Of a DNA stretch of 64,000 nt, positions 15,285-27,337 are shown one piece after another (within the stretch, counting starts at the first letter, position 1; every line of letters starts with the position of its first letter). Source of the DNA: Chrysomallon squamiferum. Its lineage: Eukaryota; Animalia; Mollusca. Below the pieces are notes generated by a model. The model saw only the letters and a list, made by a program, of their open reading frames with translations, did no database searches and had not been told where the DNA came from. The stretch is taken from assembly GCA_012295275.1 (NCBI GenBank), contig CM022666.1, forward strand, positions 5,456,001-5,520,000, in the 5' to 3' direction. The position numbers were made by a program, and so were the translations under genes.

Positions 15285-15327
<43 letters not shown>

Positions 15328-15900
15328 TGTATTTATTTATTCGGCAGACTGAATCAACAGTCATGATACAAGCGACATTTACAAACAGAAGATTCTTCTG
15401 TCACAGGGAGATATTTTTGAGACATTTTATATTCCTGGCCCTGTAATAATAAATGGATCACTACACTTATTTATTCCGATTACGTGTAAGATGACAAATC
15501 CGGGCTGGAACTTTACACTGTGTGATACACAGACTACATGTTTTCCTTTTGTTGTTTATGGCTTAGTTGACACAGGACTAGAAATTACGCTGTACTCTTT
15601 ATTTAAGAATAACGACAAAAGCAGCCGCGACAACAACAACAACTACCACAACTGCCACAACAACTACTACTACTACCACAACTACAACAATAACTACTTC
15701 TATTATAGCAATAACAACTATAATATGTAGCTTATTTATGAACAATAGAAACACACAAAAAAATTACATATAATAACTTTGCTCATATTATTCATAGTAT
15801 ATTGAATGACTATACGAAATCTATAGCGAAAAGTTAAATACGACAGAAGAAAAAACATTAAGCAATAAATTTAAATAAAGCAGACGACATTTCCTCTTAG

Positions 15901-16127
15901 CCAATCACAAATGATCGAGTGAGCTGGTAGAGAATATGATACGATCTTTTCAAAGTAATACGGTTGACTGATATCTACATACAGCTTGGGTGGAAAGCCC
16001 AGTACCCGAAGAAAATTTCGTCATACGATCTTTTCAAAGTCGCTGGTATAAAAAGTCAACGAAGCCTGTCATACAGCGTTTCTGTCGTAGACGTTCTTCA
16101 CGTGAACACAGAGGCAGCCTAATTTAG
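15901..16127 (+). promoter_or_regulatory. Promoter and non-coding exon 1 of TNF copy 2
   Basis: CCAAT 15901, kB-like GGAAAGCCC 15992-16000, TATAAAAA 16047, donor GTAAGT 16128. Confidence 0.6.
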
Positions 16128-16134
16128 GTAAGTA

Positions 16135-16402
16135 CTTATTTCATAGCTTATATATATTTATATAAAATTATAATTTCACTTATTGCATAGGTAATATATA
16201 TTTATATAAAATTATAATTTCACTTATTTCATAGGTAATATATATTTATATAAAATTATAATTTCACTTATTTCATAGGTTATATATATTTATATCAAAT
16301 TATAATTTCACTTATTTCATAGGTTATATATATTTATATAAAATTATAATTTCACTTATTTCATAGATTATATATATTTATATAAAATTATAATTTCACT
16401 TA
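16135..16402. repeat. About 44-bp AT-rich minisatellite in TNF intron 1 (about 6 copies)
   Basis: TTATAATTTCACTTATTTCATAGGTTATATATATTTATATAAAA. Confidence 0.9.
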
Positions 16403-16690
16403 CAATTTCACTATTTCATTTGTATAATATTATGCGATATTACACCAACTTGAAAAAACTGAATATCGCGGTTAAGAAAGTCACGGAATTCAAATTTGTT
16501 ACTTCAATCAGAACTCCGCTCCTTTTATTTTTAAGCGATGAATTCAGATTGCGTAACTTTAATTGTCACTTCAAATGACATCCGCTCTTTTATATTTAAG
16601 CTTTGGAATTGAACTTGCGTAACTTTAATTATTACTACAATCACATCCGCTCCTTTTATTGTTTCCGCTAAGTTTTTAACTCCATGGCGT

Positions 16691-17560
16691 TGTTATAAAA
16701 AGGGCTGCATTTTGGTAATTATACACGTGTTTCACAACAGCTAGCTCTGATTAGCACGTTAATTTTCTTCAAGGTTCCAGGTTCAAAGGTAATTAAAGAG
16801 AGACGTAAGCAGTCAAGACGAAATATCAGTCAGGCGGGGAAACCAATATTTTGTCTTCTTTCCCCGTATGACCGTACTCGTATCATTGATCAGAATTACT
16901 TAAACGTATGTTTTATGATTGTTTAATGTATTATTATCAAGTCACCTGTATATCATAATTAAATGAACCTTAACTGGTGTTGTGTTTATTTCTCTAGTGG
17001 ATAAATAGACATCGGTTTATAGAGATTCCTGTCAATTTAGCGTTTATATTCTTTGTTAGGAGGCCAGTAAAACACATTGTTACCCTAGACTGAGTCATAA
17101 TAAAACATACAAGGTGTTTAAAGATGTGAGCCACGTGACAGAAACATAAAAGTTGGGGCTCTCGTCCGGGATTTTTCAAATAATTAATTTGGGGTCTCGT
17201 TTTCTATCATTCTTATGGAAATTTCTTTAGATGTCTCGAGTATTTTCTCAATTTAATGACATCTAATTTATGTTGATTTCCACTTGAGAAAACACAGCAC
17301 AACAAAATAATAACGATATTAAAATAAATAAGTCAAAACGGAGAAATTATTATGGATTAAGATACATTGAACAATCCTAGTGTAACGTTCATCAAAAGAG
17401 CCAAGAGGGCTGAGCTACTAGAATTGTAAATATTCATAACAAACATTTCAACTGCCCAGTCAAACAAGACAGAGCAAACCAGAGAAATTTTAACAGAGGC
17501 TTTGTTTGGCGATTCTGTAGATAACGAGAGTGGGGGGAGTAACTCCGAGTGTGGCAGAAT
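16691..17560 (+). mobile_element. LTR retrotransposon 5' relic (LTR + tRNA-Pro PBS + gag start), Gypsy-like
   Basis: TGT(16691)...ACA(17140); TGGGGCTCTCGTCCGGGAT at 17154-17172 resembles PBS-Pro TGGGGGCTCGTCCGGGAT; MD*DTLNNPSVTFIKRAKRAELLEL from 17352. Absent from the other TNF copies. Confidence 0.6.
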
Positions 17561-17706
17561 CAGTATAGGTGTGTGCATATTGAGTCTGTGTACAGGTGCG
17601 TGTGTGTGTATTTATCTTGGTATTATTTATTACTAATAACATTTTCTTCTTCGTTTCGTCATGTTTTACAGACTACTTCTGAAGGAAATAAAAGTTGTTG
17701 CGCAAA

Positions 17707-19653
17707 ATGGTACCAATTCGTCCAGTCATAGCCATTTCTCTTATGGTACTAAGCTTCATACTCATCATTTCCATTGCATCTGTAACAATAAAAGAATTTC
17801 TGAATAGAGAAACCAGCTTGTTGTTTGACAAGGAACTGTGTGTGAAAATCTCGTGCAAACCAGGAGAAAAGTGTTGTGATGACAAATCTACGAAGAGAAC
17901 CAGGAACAATACCACGTATTGCTGTTACAGAGATGGAGAAAAAGTGATCAGTGAAATTATGAAAAAGGTAAATTCTGTATTTAGTTCTAAAAACTTATAT
18001 TCCATAAATACATTAAATGAAAAAAAATTATGTTTTCTGTAGATATGAAATTAAGAAAGAGAGAAATTCTCTATAAAAATAATAAAAATGTTAAATTCAT
18101 TATAAATGAAATAATAATATTTGAATTATGAAAAGGAGAAATTAATAGTGCTGAAAAAGATTTATAAATTTAAAATTGATTATTGTGGACTAGTTTCAAA
18201 TTGGTTATTCTTTTTAGAAACTGAGTGAAAGTCATACAAAAGCTGAGAAAAGTGGTAAGTTAACACAGACACATATACTCACTCAGACATACATAAAAGC
18301 ACAAAGTCGCAGAAACACAGATACACAAGAAAAGTCACAAACACATACATACACAAATACAGACAGACAAACATACAGAAAAAGACCCACACACAAACAG
18401 AAACACTCAGGCACACGTATTTAAATATCCAGAAAAGTTTTTATAATTATGTATTTGTATGTACGTGCATATTTGTGTACAGTCTAGGTATGTAAATATG
18501 TATAAGTGTAAATTTATGTGAGTGTGTGTGCGTGTGTGTTTCAGATCCAAAACTAAAGCAGATCAGAGACGTCACTGATCTTTTGAATTTAGATAATAAA
18601 ATCAGTTTACGAATCTCTGTATGTATGTATGAATCTATATATTTATACATGTATCATTAGTCTATATGTGTCCATATATATATATATATTTCAGAACAAA
18701 AACTTAAGCAGGTCAGAGAGGTCGCTTACAAACTGAATAATAAAAACAATGTGAAGACGTCAGCTCATCTACAAATGGAAGTGAATGTAACATATGACAA
18801 AAGTAAGAAAACAAATATTACTAGTAGTAGTAGTAGAATACTAGTAATAGTAGTAATAGTGTAGTAGTTGTACTAGAGTAGTAGTAGTAGAGTAGTTGTA
18901 GTAGTAGTAGTAGTAGTAGTAGTACAGTAGTAGTAGTAGTAGCAGAGTAATTGTACTCTGTTAAAAGAGGTGATTTGATAATAAATGTGGTAGTAGTAAA
19001 ATAGAAGTAATAGTAGTAGTTGGTCTGGTAAAAGTAGTTGTAGTAATCATATAGTTATTAGTAGTGGTTAGGAAATAATAGAAGAAATTGTGATAACAAT
19101 AGTATTAGCACGTTAGTAGTAAAAATATCAATGATGGTACTAAAGTAGTTAATAGCAGGAGTTTGTAGTAGTTATAGAAATATATTAGTAATACTAACTA
19201 CAACTGTTGACAATTTAAAATAAAAATATTATTTAAAAATCATTTATTCTTACAAACTTTTCAGACACACCGAAGCCTCTCATCAAATGGACGTCGTCTG
19301 GTAAAAGATCGTTTGTGAAAGGAGGTGTGACTGTTGTCGCTGACGGGATTCAAGTCAAACACTCTGCTTACTACTTCATATACAGCAACGTTTTATTCCA
19401 TGCCAACCAAATCATAGAGCTAGAATATGCTAGGCTCTGTCACTCAATGGAAAAATATCCAAATTATGAAGTCCTCTACAGAAATCCTCAAACAACATGC
19501 AAAGTGCGAAGATATCAGGAAGGTTTTGTTGCCTCATACATTGGAGCTGTTTACTACCTGAAAGCCAACGACACTGTAGTGGTGAGAACATCAGTTGTGA
19601 AGAACATTTTGAGAGATCCTGAGACGACCTACTTTGGTCTGTATATGCTTTGA
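17707..19653 (+). CDS. TNF superfamily ligand, copy 2 (264 aa)
   Basis: Exons 17707-17967, 18218-18254, 18695-18802, 19265-19653; canonical splice sites, open frame, THD motifs. Confidence 0.92.
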
Positions 19654-20914
19654 GACTGTTACGAGAGGCGTGAATTATAACTGTTAATATATAATTTTGA
19701 ATGCTGTGAAAAAATATATATATATTTGGGGTTTTTTGGGTGTGTTTCTTTAGATTAATGTTTCTCAGAAGTAACAAATAAGATTGTTGAAGAACTGAGC
19801 TTTTCACCCAGGCTGTAAATAGTTTGTCAAAATCAACAGACTAAGCCGACCGGATGGGAACATTTCTCATCATACAAAAAAAAACATAATTTTTCATTAA
19901 TCAACCATTTTTACTACAGAAAAACATACGAGTAAGATCTGCTTTTGAGACAGGGACTTTTTTTTTCTCTCTTCGGTAAATATACCTTTTCTGTAAAAAA
20001 AAAATGTTGGAGTCTTGGTTTAATATTATCATTTATATCAACATGACTAGAACAGCTGCTGCCCTTGTACTTTATAAAATAATTAGGACAAAACACCCAT
20101 GGAAATGAATACTTGAAAAACTTGATGTATTCAAAATGAATATGTATCTATTTTCTCTAAATAACAGACATTCATGTCAAATAAATAATTTCAAATTTGC
20201 AAAAGTAATAATAATAGTCTCTAATTTATTCATCTGATTATATGAGAAAAAAATAAAATAAATAAAAATGAGCGTGCACTTCACGAAACCACGCTGTTTG
20301 TCCAGGACTGATTTGTATCACTGGATCCTGAGATCATGAATACTAACAAGTAACAGATCATTTTGTGTTACTTAGCTCCAATAACAAAGTTACAAAATAT
20401 ATTTACAACATATACACACAGACACATATACTTTCATATATTTATTATTTAAAACGTTTTTTATACTTTAATAACATTCTTTGGACAGTTTCCAGTGTTT
20501 TGAATAATAACATATTAACACTATATGGTTGGTTTGTTCCAAACTCCTTGAAGATTTCCGAGAATTAATGAATGTTAATTTAGTTCGGGAACTGGGCTTT
20601 CCACCCAAGCTATAAATAGTTGTCAGGTCACTAGTTGAAGTTGTCAACCGTATTACTGTTAGAGAGATTTAGAAAGTATGAATGCTTTATTATTTTTAAG
20701 AATAAATAACTCTGTTCTTGTAGTTGTGGTTGTTGTTGTTGAAAATGAATATGAACACCGATACTTTTTTATTATTATTATTATTGTTGTTGTTGTTATT
20801 ATTATTATTTGTTTTTGTTTTGTTTTTGTTTACATCAGTTCATTAAGAAAGCAGTAACTAGGTCACGAACACCATTTGCCACACTCTACACGCATTCATT
20901 ATACTTTTTTAAAA

Positions 20915-20970
<56 letters not shown>

Positions 20971-21449
20971 CTTAACATTAAGGTTTCTGAGAAATAATAA
21001 ACAACATTCTTCTAGAACTGAGGCTATAAATAGTAATAAATAAAGTTTGTAAAACAACAAAAGATAAAAAAAAATAAATAATTAAATTTTTTTTTTTTTT
21101 TAAAATAAAAATAAAAAATAATAAAAAAAATGATAAAATTAAAATTAAAAAAAAAAATGTATAAGAGTATGTATGTGTGTGCGCGCAGTATGATATAGTA
21201 AGTGATATATTTGTTTTGTTTTGTTTTTTGTTTATTTTTTGCATCTTTGATCTTTGAAATAAGGTCATACATAATTAACTGCAAAGATTAACTAAACTGA
21301 CATAATAGTATGTACCTGTGTATAAAATGACTTTGTAGATGTTCCACAATTCATGTTTACCAAACTTAATTCTTTTTATTCAGAAAAGTTGAATAACTTT
21401 ACATATAAAAATCTTCTTAGCTGTATATCTCCATTTTATCGCGTCACTA

Positions 21450-21560
21450 ACTGAACTGCGCATGTCAGTGTCTGTTCTAGGTCACCAGCATGCCCTAACT
21501 TGTTAATACACATGCGCGTGGTTTTCAAGAAAGCTAAATTTATATCACGTGATAGTTCCT
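21450..21560 (+). repeat. Dispersed repeat family (GAACTGCGCATGTCAGTGTCTGTTCTAG...AAAGCTAAATTTA)
   Basis: Related copies near 31510, 38575, 46975, 52720, 59465, 62805. Confidence 0.7.
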
Positions 21561-22893
21561 CTTGAAAACTTATGGAAAATCATGTCCTAGCCGTAAATAA
21601 AATGTATGAAAAACTGGTTTCTTTCACCAGTATTTAGCCCCGACCCAACGCCCTGTTTTAGCCATTATAATGAGGTGCCGTTATAGGCTGTCTGAGCAAA
21701 CCCATAAGGAGTAGTATTTGGGGCATTTTAAAGTTGTGGGAATAAGAAGAGAGTAACGCAACAACTTTTTGTGAAGCAATATTTGTGTATTCATATTTCT
21801 GGCAATCTGCCTTACATGTCATCATAGACATCTCCATTCCAAGAACAAAATCAGTTTAAACACTGTTCCTTTAATAGTTTATTGAATTCTGTAGTGTACA
21901 GTCTCGCGCCTACGAACAGGTTTATCTATATATATATATCGTGACAGTAACTGTAATATCTGTGTCTGTCTGATGTCTGTTAATTAAACTATCCGTAGGT
22001 CGTTTGGATTCATTGATACCCATCAGATTTATATTCAAAATACAGAAACATCGACCTGTTTCGAGGTGACTAGAGTTGAATAATGTTTTAATATGTTCAG
22101 GTTAAGGAGCAAATTAGTTTTTGCATAGTATGTAATTTAATATCCATGGAATTGTGTTAGAAACAAAAATGAAATAATATTTAAAAAAAAAACACCCTGA
22201 CCCGCCAGTCCACCTGTACGTCCATCTGCTTTTTGACTCAGTGACAGACAGCGATCTTTCTCGATGTTTCTATTAATATTCTTCCCGATCTACCATTTCT
22301 GCACGACAAGTTATCAAAGACCATAATACGTCCCTTTCTTTTATCGCTAACAACATATCAAATATTCCTGCCTATTATTCAAAAACATAGTAGCCTGTAT
22401 TGTTTTGAGGTGTAGAGTTTTATCTTACCATAAATGTCAATGTGGGGTCTAACAGTAAAACTGGAGATGTTCAACGGTTGATTAAACAAGTATTTAGTGA
22501 CGTCGTTAAAGTAAACGCACAACCCTTCACACATATAGTGCTAAATACATTAGGTTACATGAATATATAAAAATATGTGCACATGTGTGTGTGTGTGTGT
22601 CTATCCCATGTCTGTCTGCCTCCCTCTGTCTGTCTGTCTGTATATGTATGTATATATATATGTTACATATATTAATACATAATTAATCTACTTAATATTA
22701 ATGTATATAATAAATAAATAAACAGTACAACAAAAATAACTTTTTAATAACTAAATGGAAAATAGAATATATTACATTCATTTATCTGATTATCACACAT
22801 CTTTTCTTCAAACGGTTTCTTCATAGGAAAAGTTTCGAAAACTAACAGGCGGATAGAATTCTCAGAAAAAAAAAATAAATAATAAATAATAAC

Positions 22894-22925
<32 letters not shown>

Positions 22926-23168
22926 GAAGAAGAAGAAGAAGAAAGAAAAAGAAGAAGAATAATGATGATGATAATGAATACTCAGTATATATCGCTGGAG
23001 CTACTAAGAAAATTCGATTAAATGAAATACAAATATTAAACGTATTTTAAAATATTGGTAATTATTTTTATTTTTATCTCTTTCTCTGCCCATCCAGTCT
23101 TTCCACAGTTCCGTTGTTTCTCTGTGTAATCTATGTAAATTGTCTCCCTTTAGTAGTACTAATATATG

Positions 23169-23277
<109 letters not shown>

Positions 23278-23467
23278 TGTCTCTATTACGTACATTGTCT
23301 GCAGTTTTATAAGGAAAGTACAATTTATTATTAAGAATAACGATATAATTTACACATAAATTATCAGAGATTCATCGTGAAAAAAAGAGTAGTATATGAT
23401 ACCACTGCCCGGTCACAGCTCATTCTCTTTATGTACATATAATAACTTGTGGTTAAACAACACTTAC

Positions 23468-23549
23468 ACATTCCACCAGCAGTAGATACCAATGTCTATA
23501 ACTAACACAACTGTTCCTGAAACTATTCCAATAGTTACGTAAAAAACCT
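23468..23549 (-). pseudogene. Orphan transmembrane exon of a probable type I membrane protein
   Basis: tttcag|..VFYVTIGIVSGTVVLVIDIGIYCWWN|gtaagt. Confidence 0.5.
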
Positions 23550-23574
23550 CTGAAATAAACAACAACAAATCATA

Positions 23575-23684
<110 letters not shown>

Positions 23685-24034
23685 TTAATAATAATGTTAA
23701 ATAAAATTTATTAAAAACTTTAGATTTGCTGTGTTTGTTTTCCAGATTGAAAACTTTTCGTATCTTTCTCGTACTCTGTACTCTGACTCTCCATCTCACA
23801 CACACACACACACACACACATCGAACAATGAATACCTTTCTTCGCCTTTTACTTATTTATTTATTTATTTATTTATAGTGCACTAAATCAGCTGTAGAGT
23901 ATTTATAATTATAATCAATTCTGTTACAATTAATAGTATCTCTCTGAAATACTCTTTACGTTATCCTGTTGAAAACTAAACTCTGTTTTTACGTTGTGTT
24001 AAATAGTTTTCAGGTATTCTCGACTTTTGTAAAG

Positions 24035-24133
<99 letters not shown>

Positions 24134-24211
24134 TGAAATATTGAGATTTATTTGCATACACTATTAGACACCCAGTATTTCTATAAAACAAACAGTGAAT
24201 CATCTTGACAG

Positions 24212-25425
24212 CTGATGATGAAGGTGATGATGATGTATTTAGAGAGAAAACTGAAAAACCTAAAACTCTGTTTGAAAATATTCGACTAGGTGTTAAGAAA
24301 TTCTGTCTTCAGGTGAGTGTTAAGTTTACCTGTCTCCGTACAGGTGTGTGTTGAATGTTGAGTACTGGTTTGGAATGTGTGAATGTATGTTTGTGAGTAT
24401 GTGCATGCATGTGTGTATGTACATGCACATGCACATGTGTTTGTGTATATGTGTATGTGTGCATGTTTGGGTGTGTGATATGTGTCTGTGCATGTCTGTT
24501 TTGTAGGTAATGGTAGGTATGTGTACGCCTGTCTCTATGTGTTTACATGTTTGTGTGTGTGGTATGTGTCTGTTCATGTGTGTTTTGTATGTAATGATGT
24601 GTATGTGTATGACTGTCTCTATGTGTTTACATGTTTGTGTGTGTGTATTTATATATGTATATTGTGTATATCAGTGCAGAAGTCTAGACAGTATGTAAGT
24701 TGTCTCTTCGTGTGTTTACATGTTTGTGCTTGATAGATAATTATGTACTAGTTAGGTTAATCGTAGTTAATACTTGTTTTTATTGATGTATTGTAACAGA
24801 CGTCTGTATTCCATGTGTGTGTGTGTGTGTGGCTGTTGATAGTTTGTTTCAATTTTTAGTTTTCATCCTGGTAGTCCAAACACTTTTTATTCCAAATGCT
24901 GTTGTCGCTGTAGTTGTGTGGTTCCTTTATTATTATTATTATTATTTATGTATGTATGTATATAAGTATGTATATGTATATATATATATATGTATATATT
25001 TCTGTCTGATATGTGTATCCTTGTTTATATGTCCATGTCTATTAATACGTGAGTATTAGTGTGAGCTTGTTGTGCATATATATATATATACTAAGGAAGA
25101 TAACTCTTTAATACTCAAGGACCTTTATCTCAAAAAATGCTTGTTGTTGTTAATATAATATCATTATTATTAATATCTTTACTATTATTGTTATTGCTGT
25201 TGTTATTTATAACTATTGTTATTGTAATTATTGTTGTTGATGACATTTTTTGACAGTTAATATTTTGTTTTAATTTTATTTTTCATCCAGGTAGTCCAAA
25301 CACTTTTTATCCCAAATGCTGTTGTCACTGTAGTTGTGTGTCTCCTTGTTTATGGCGGTGTACACGTGTCAGAGGTTGTGCTAACCAAACAAAGTTTCAA
25401 CAGACTGGGTCTCCATTGTGATATG
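24212..25425 (+). pseudogene. Exons B and C of the same unidentified gene
   Basis: B 24212-24312 [33 protein letters not shown]; C 25291-25425 VVQTLFIPNAVVTVVVCLLVYGGVHVSEVVLTKQSFNRLGLHCDM; canonical splice sites, in phase. Confidence 0.65.
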
Positions 25426-25549
25426 GTAAGTGTTATCTGTGAGTTTATTTATTTATTTTTAAATACTTCTTTTTTAGTAGATTTCTTTTTTTAATCCATA
25501 TGTAACTGGAAATGAAACAAAAGTTACAGAATGACGTATTTTGAACATC

Positions 25550-25950
25550 CAGGATACAGTATTATTCCAGTACAGTACATACCATGTAATTTATATATCC
25601 AGGTAGGGATACATTATTAAAGATTAATTGAGTACAGTACTTATCATGTAACTTATATTCCAGGGAAACGGTATTAAAGATTAATAGATTCCAGTACACA
25701 CCATGCATTTTATATATCCACGGAGAAACTATTAAAGATTATATAATAGAGAATACAGTACATACCATGGAATTTATATATCCAGGGAAACGGTATGAAA
25801 GATTAATAAAATACATACCATATATATCCAGGGATTAAAGGTTAACAGAGTGCAGAACATACCATGTAATTTATATATCCAGGGATACAGTACTAAAGAT
25901 TATATAATAGAGTACAATACATACCATGTAATTTATATATCCAATGATTT
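25550..25950. repeat. Degenerate about 55-bp tandem repeat (CAGTACATACCATGTAATTTATATATCCAGGG...); also 28850-28960, 39860-40300, 57400-57600
   Basis: Recurrent unit downstream of exon C copies. Confidence 0.8.
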
Positions 25951-26495
25951 AGCATTACATTTTATTCCAGTAAATACACAGATATAATTTATATATCGAA
26001 GAATATAATATTACAGATTCAGTATAGTAAATATTATGTATCCTGTGTATCATCCTATGGTGTAGAGTTTACTGTGTATATATTAGTGTGTATATTAATA
26101 AAAACAGATTATTTTAGATAGCTTGTATTCTGTGTATCATTTTATAAATGAGGTCCTATGGTGTAGAGTATAAATGAATACCTTAATGTGTATATCCAAG
26201 GATATAATATTAAAGATTATTACAATACACAGTAAATTTTTTTTTAATCCGTAATACCCACGAAATGGAAGAAAAGTTGACGTAATTTGAACATCCAGTA
26301 CATACCATGTAATTTATAATTCGGTTTAAAATAAAACAATATTATGAAATATTAACTGTTCACTTCCCGAAAGAAATATTTAGTTCATTTGTCAAAAGTA
26401 AAAGTTTACAAATTAATTTAGTGTCAGAGTATTTTTAAAGTTAAAATTAGCAGGTCACAGAATGTTTACCGCTGTCTGGTGACCTCATCAAACGA

Positions 26496-26757
26496 TTCTT
26501 TATCCGACTTTCCAGTGATAACGTGCACAGTTTCGCTTGTCGTTCTACTTTATCTGACTTTCCAGTGATAACGTGCACAGTTTCGCTTGTCATTCTACTT
26601 TATCTGACTTTCCAGTGATAACGTGCACAGTTTCGCTTGTCGTTCTACTTTATCTGACTTTCCAGTGATAACGTGCACAGTTTCGCTTGTCGTTCTACTT
26701 TATCTGACTTTCCAGTGATAACGTGCACAGTTTCGCTTGTCGTTCTACTTTATCTGA
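26496..26757. repeat. 50-bp minisatellite, about 5 copies
   Basis: Unit TATCTGACTTTCCAGTGATAACGTGCACAGTTTCGCTTGTCGTTCTACTT. Confidence 0.95.
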
Positions 26758-27337
26758 CAACTTTTCACTTGACGATATTTCGTTAGACGCTAAAATGTAT
26801 ATGAGATGAAACCAAAAGAAACGAAAACAGTTTCAGTGATGTTCACGTTGTTAAAAGATTAAGGCGTGTCTTCCTCCTTAAACAGTAGAAACGTGGCCTG
26901 TATAAACAGAAAGAAAGAAAGAAGATAGAGAAGAAAAATAAAGAAGATGAAAAAACAGAAAATGAAAGAATTTATCCAATCATGACACAAAGTTCTATCA
27001 AATATAATTTTAAAAGTGAAAGTGCATTTGTCTTAGTTGTGTTTATGTGAGAACTCAGATTATGTTTGTATATATCTGAGTGTGTTTAATATCCTTAAAG
27101 AGAATAATAAAAGGAATATTTTTTCTTATATTTGTTTAAATTTTAATTTTATTTGATATGAATTGTTTTATATTCACAGTGGCATCAGATTCTCTGAGAT
27201 ATTATTTACATATGTGTATAGAGATTTGCTTCCATAATCTATAAGATATAACTGGAATTTAGTTGTGTCATAAGAGGACTTTTCATTGCAATAAGATAAA
27301 ATAAAAATCTGAGTTTTTAAAAAAAAAAAAAAAATAG

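Noticed and set aside
17880-17910. Possible furin site (TKRTR) in the stalk
   Set aside because: Not R-x-x-R and not conserved in copies 1 and 3.
22000-22066. Exon-like segment with AG/GT (SFGFIDTHQIYIQNTETSTCFE)
   Set aside because: Single short copy, ambiguous frame, no partner exons.
26496-26757. CRISPR-like regular repeat
   Set aside because: Head-to-tail near-identical 50-mers without unique spacers, eukaryotic context, no cas genes.
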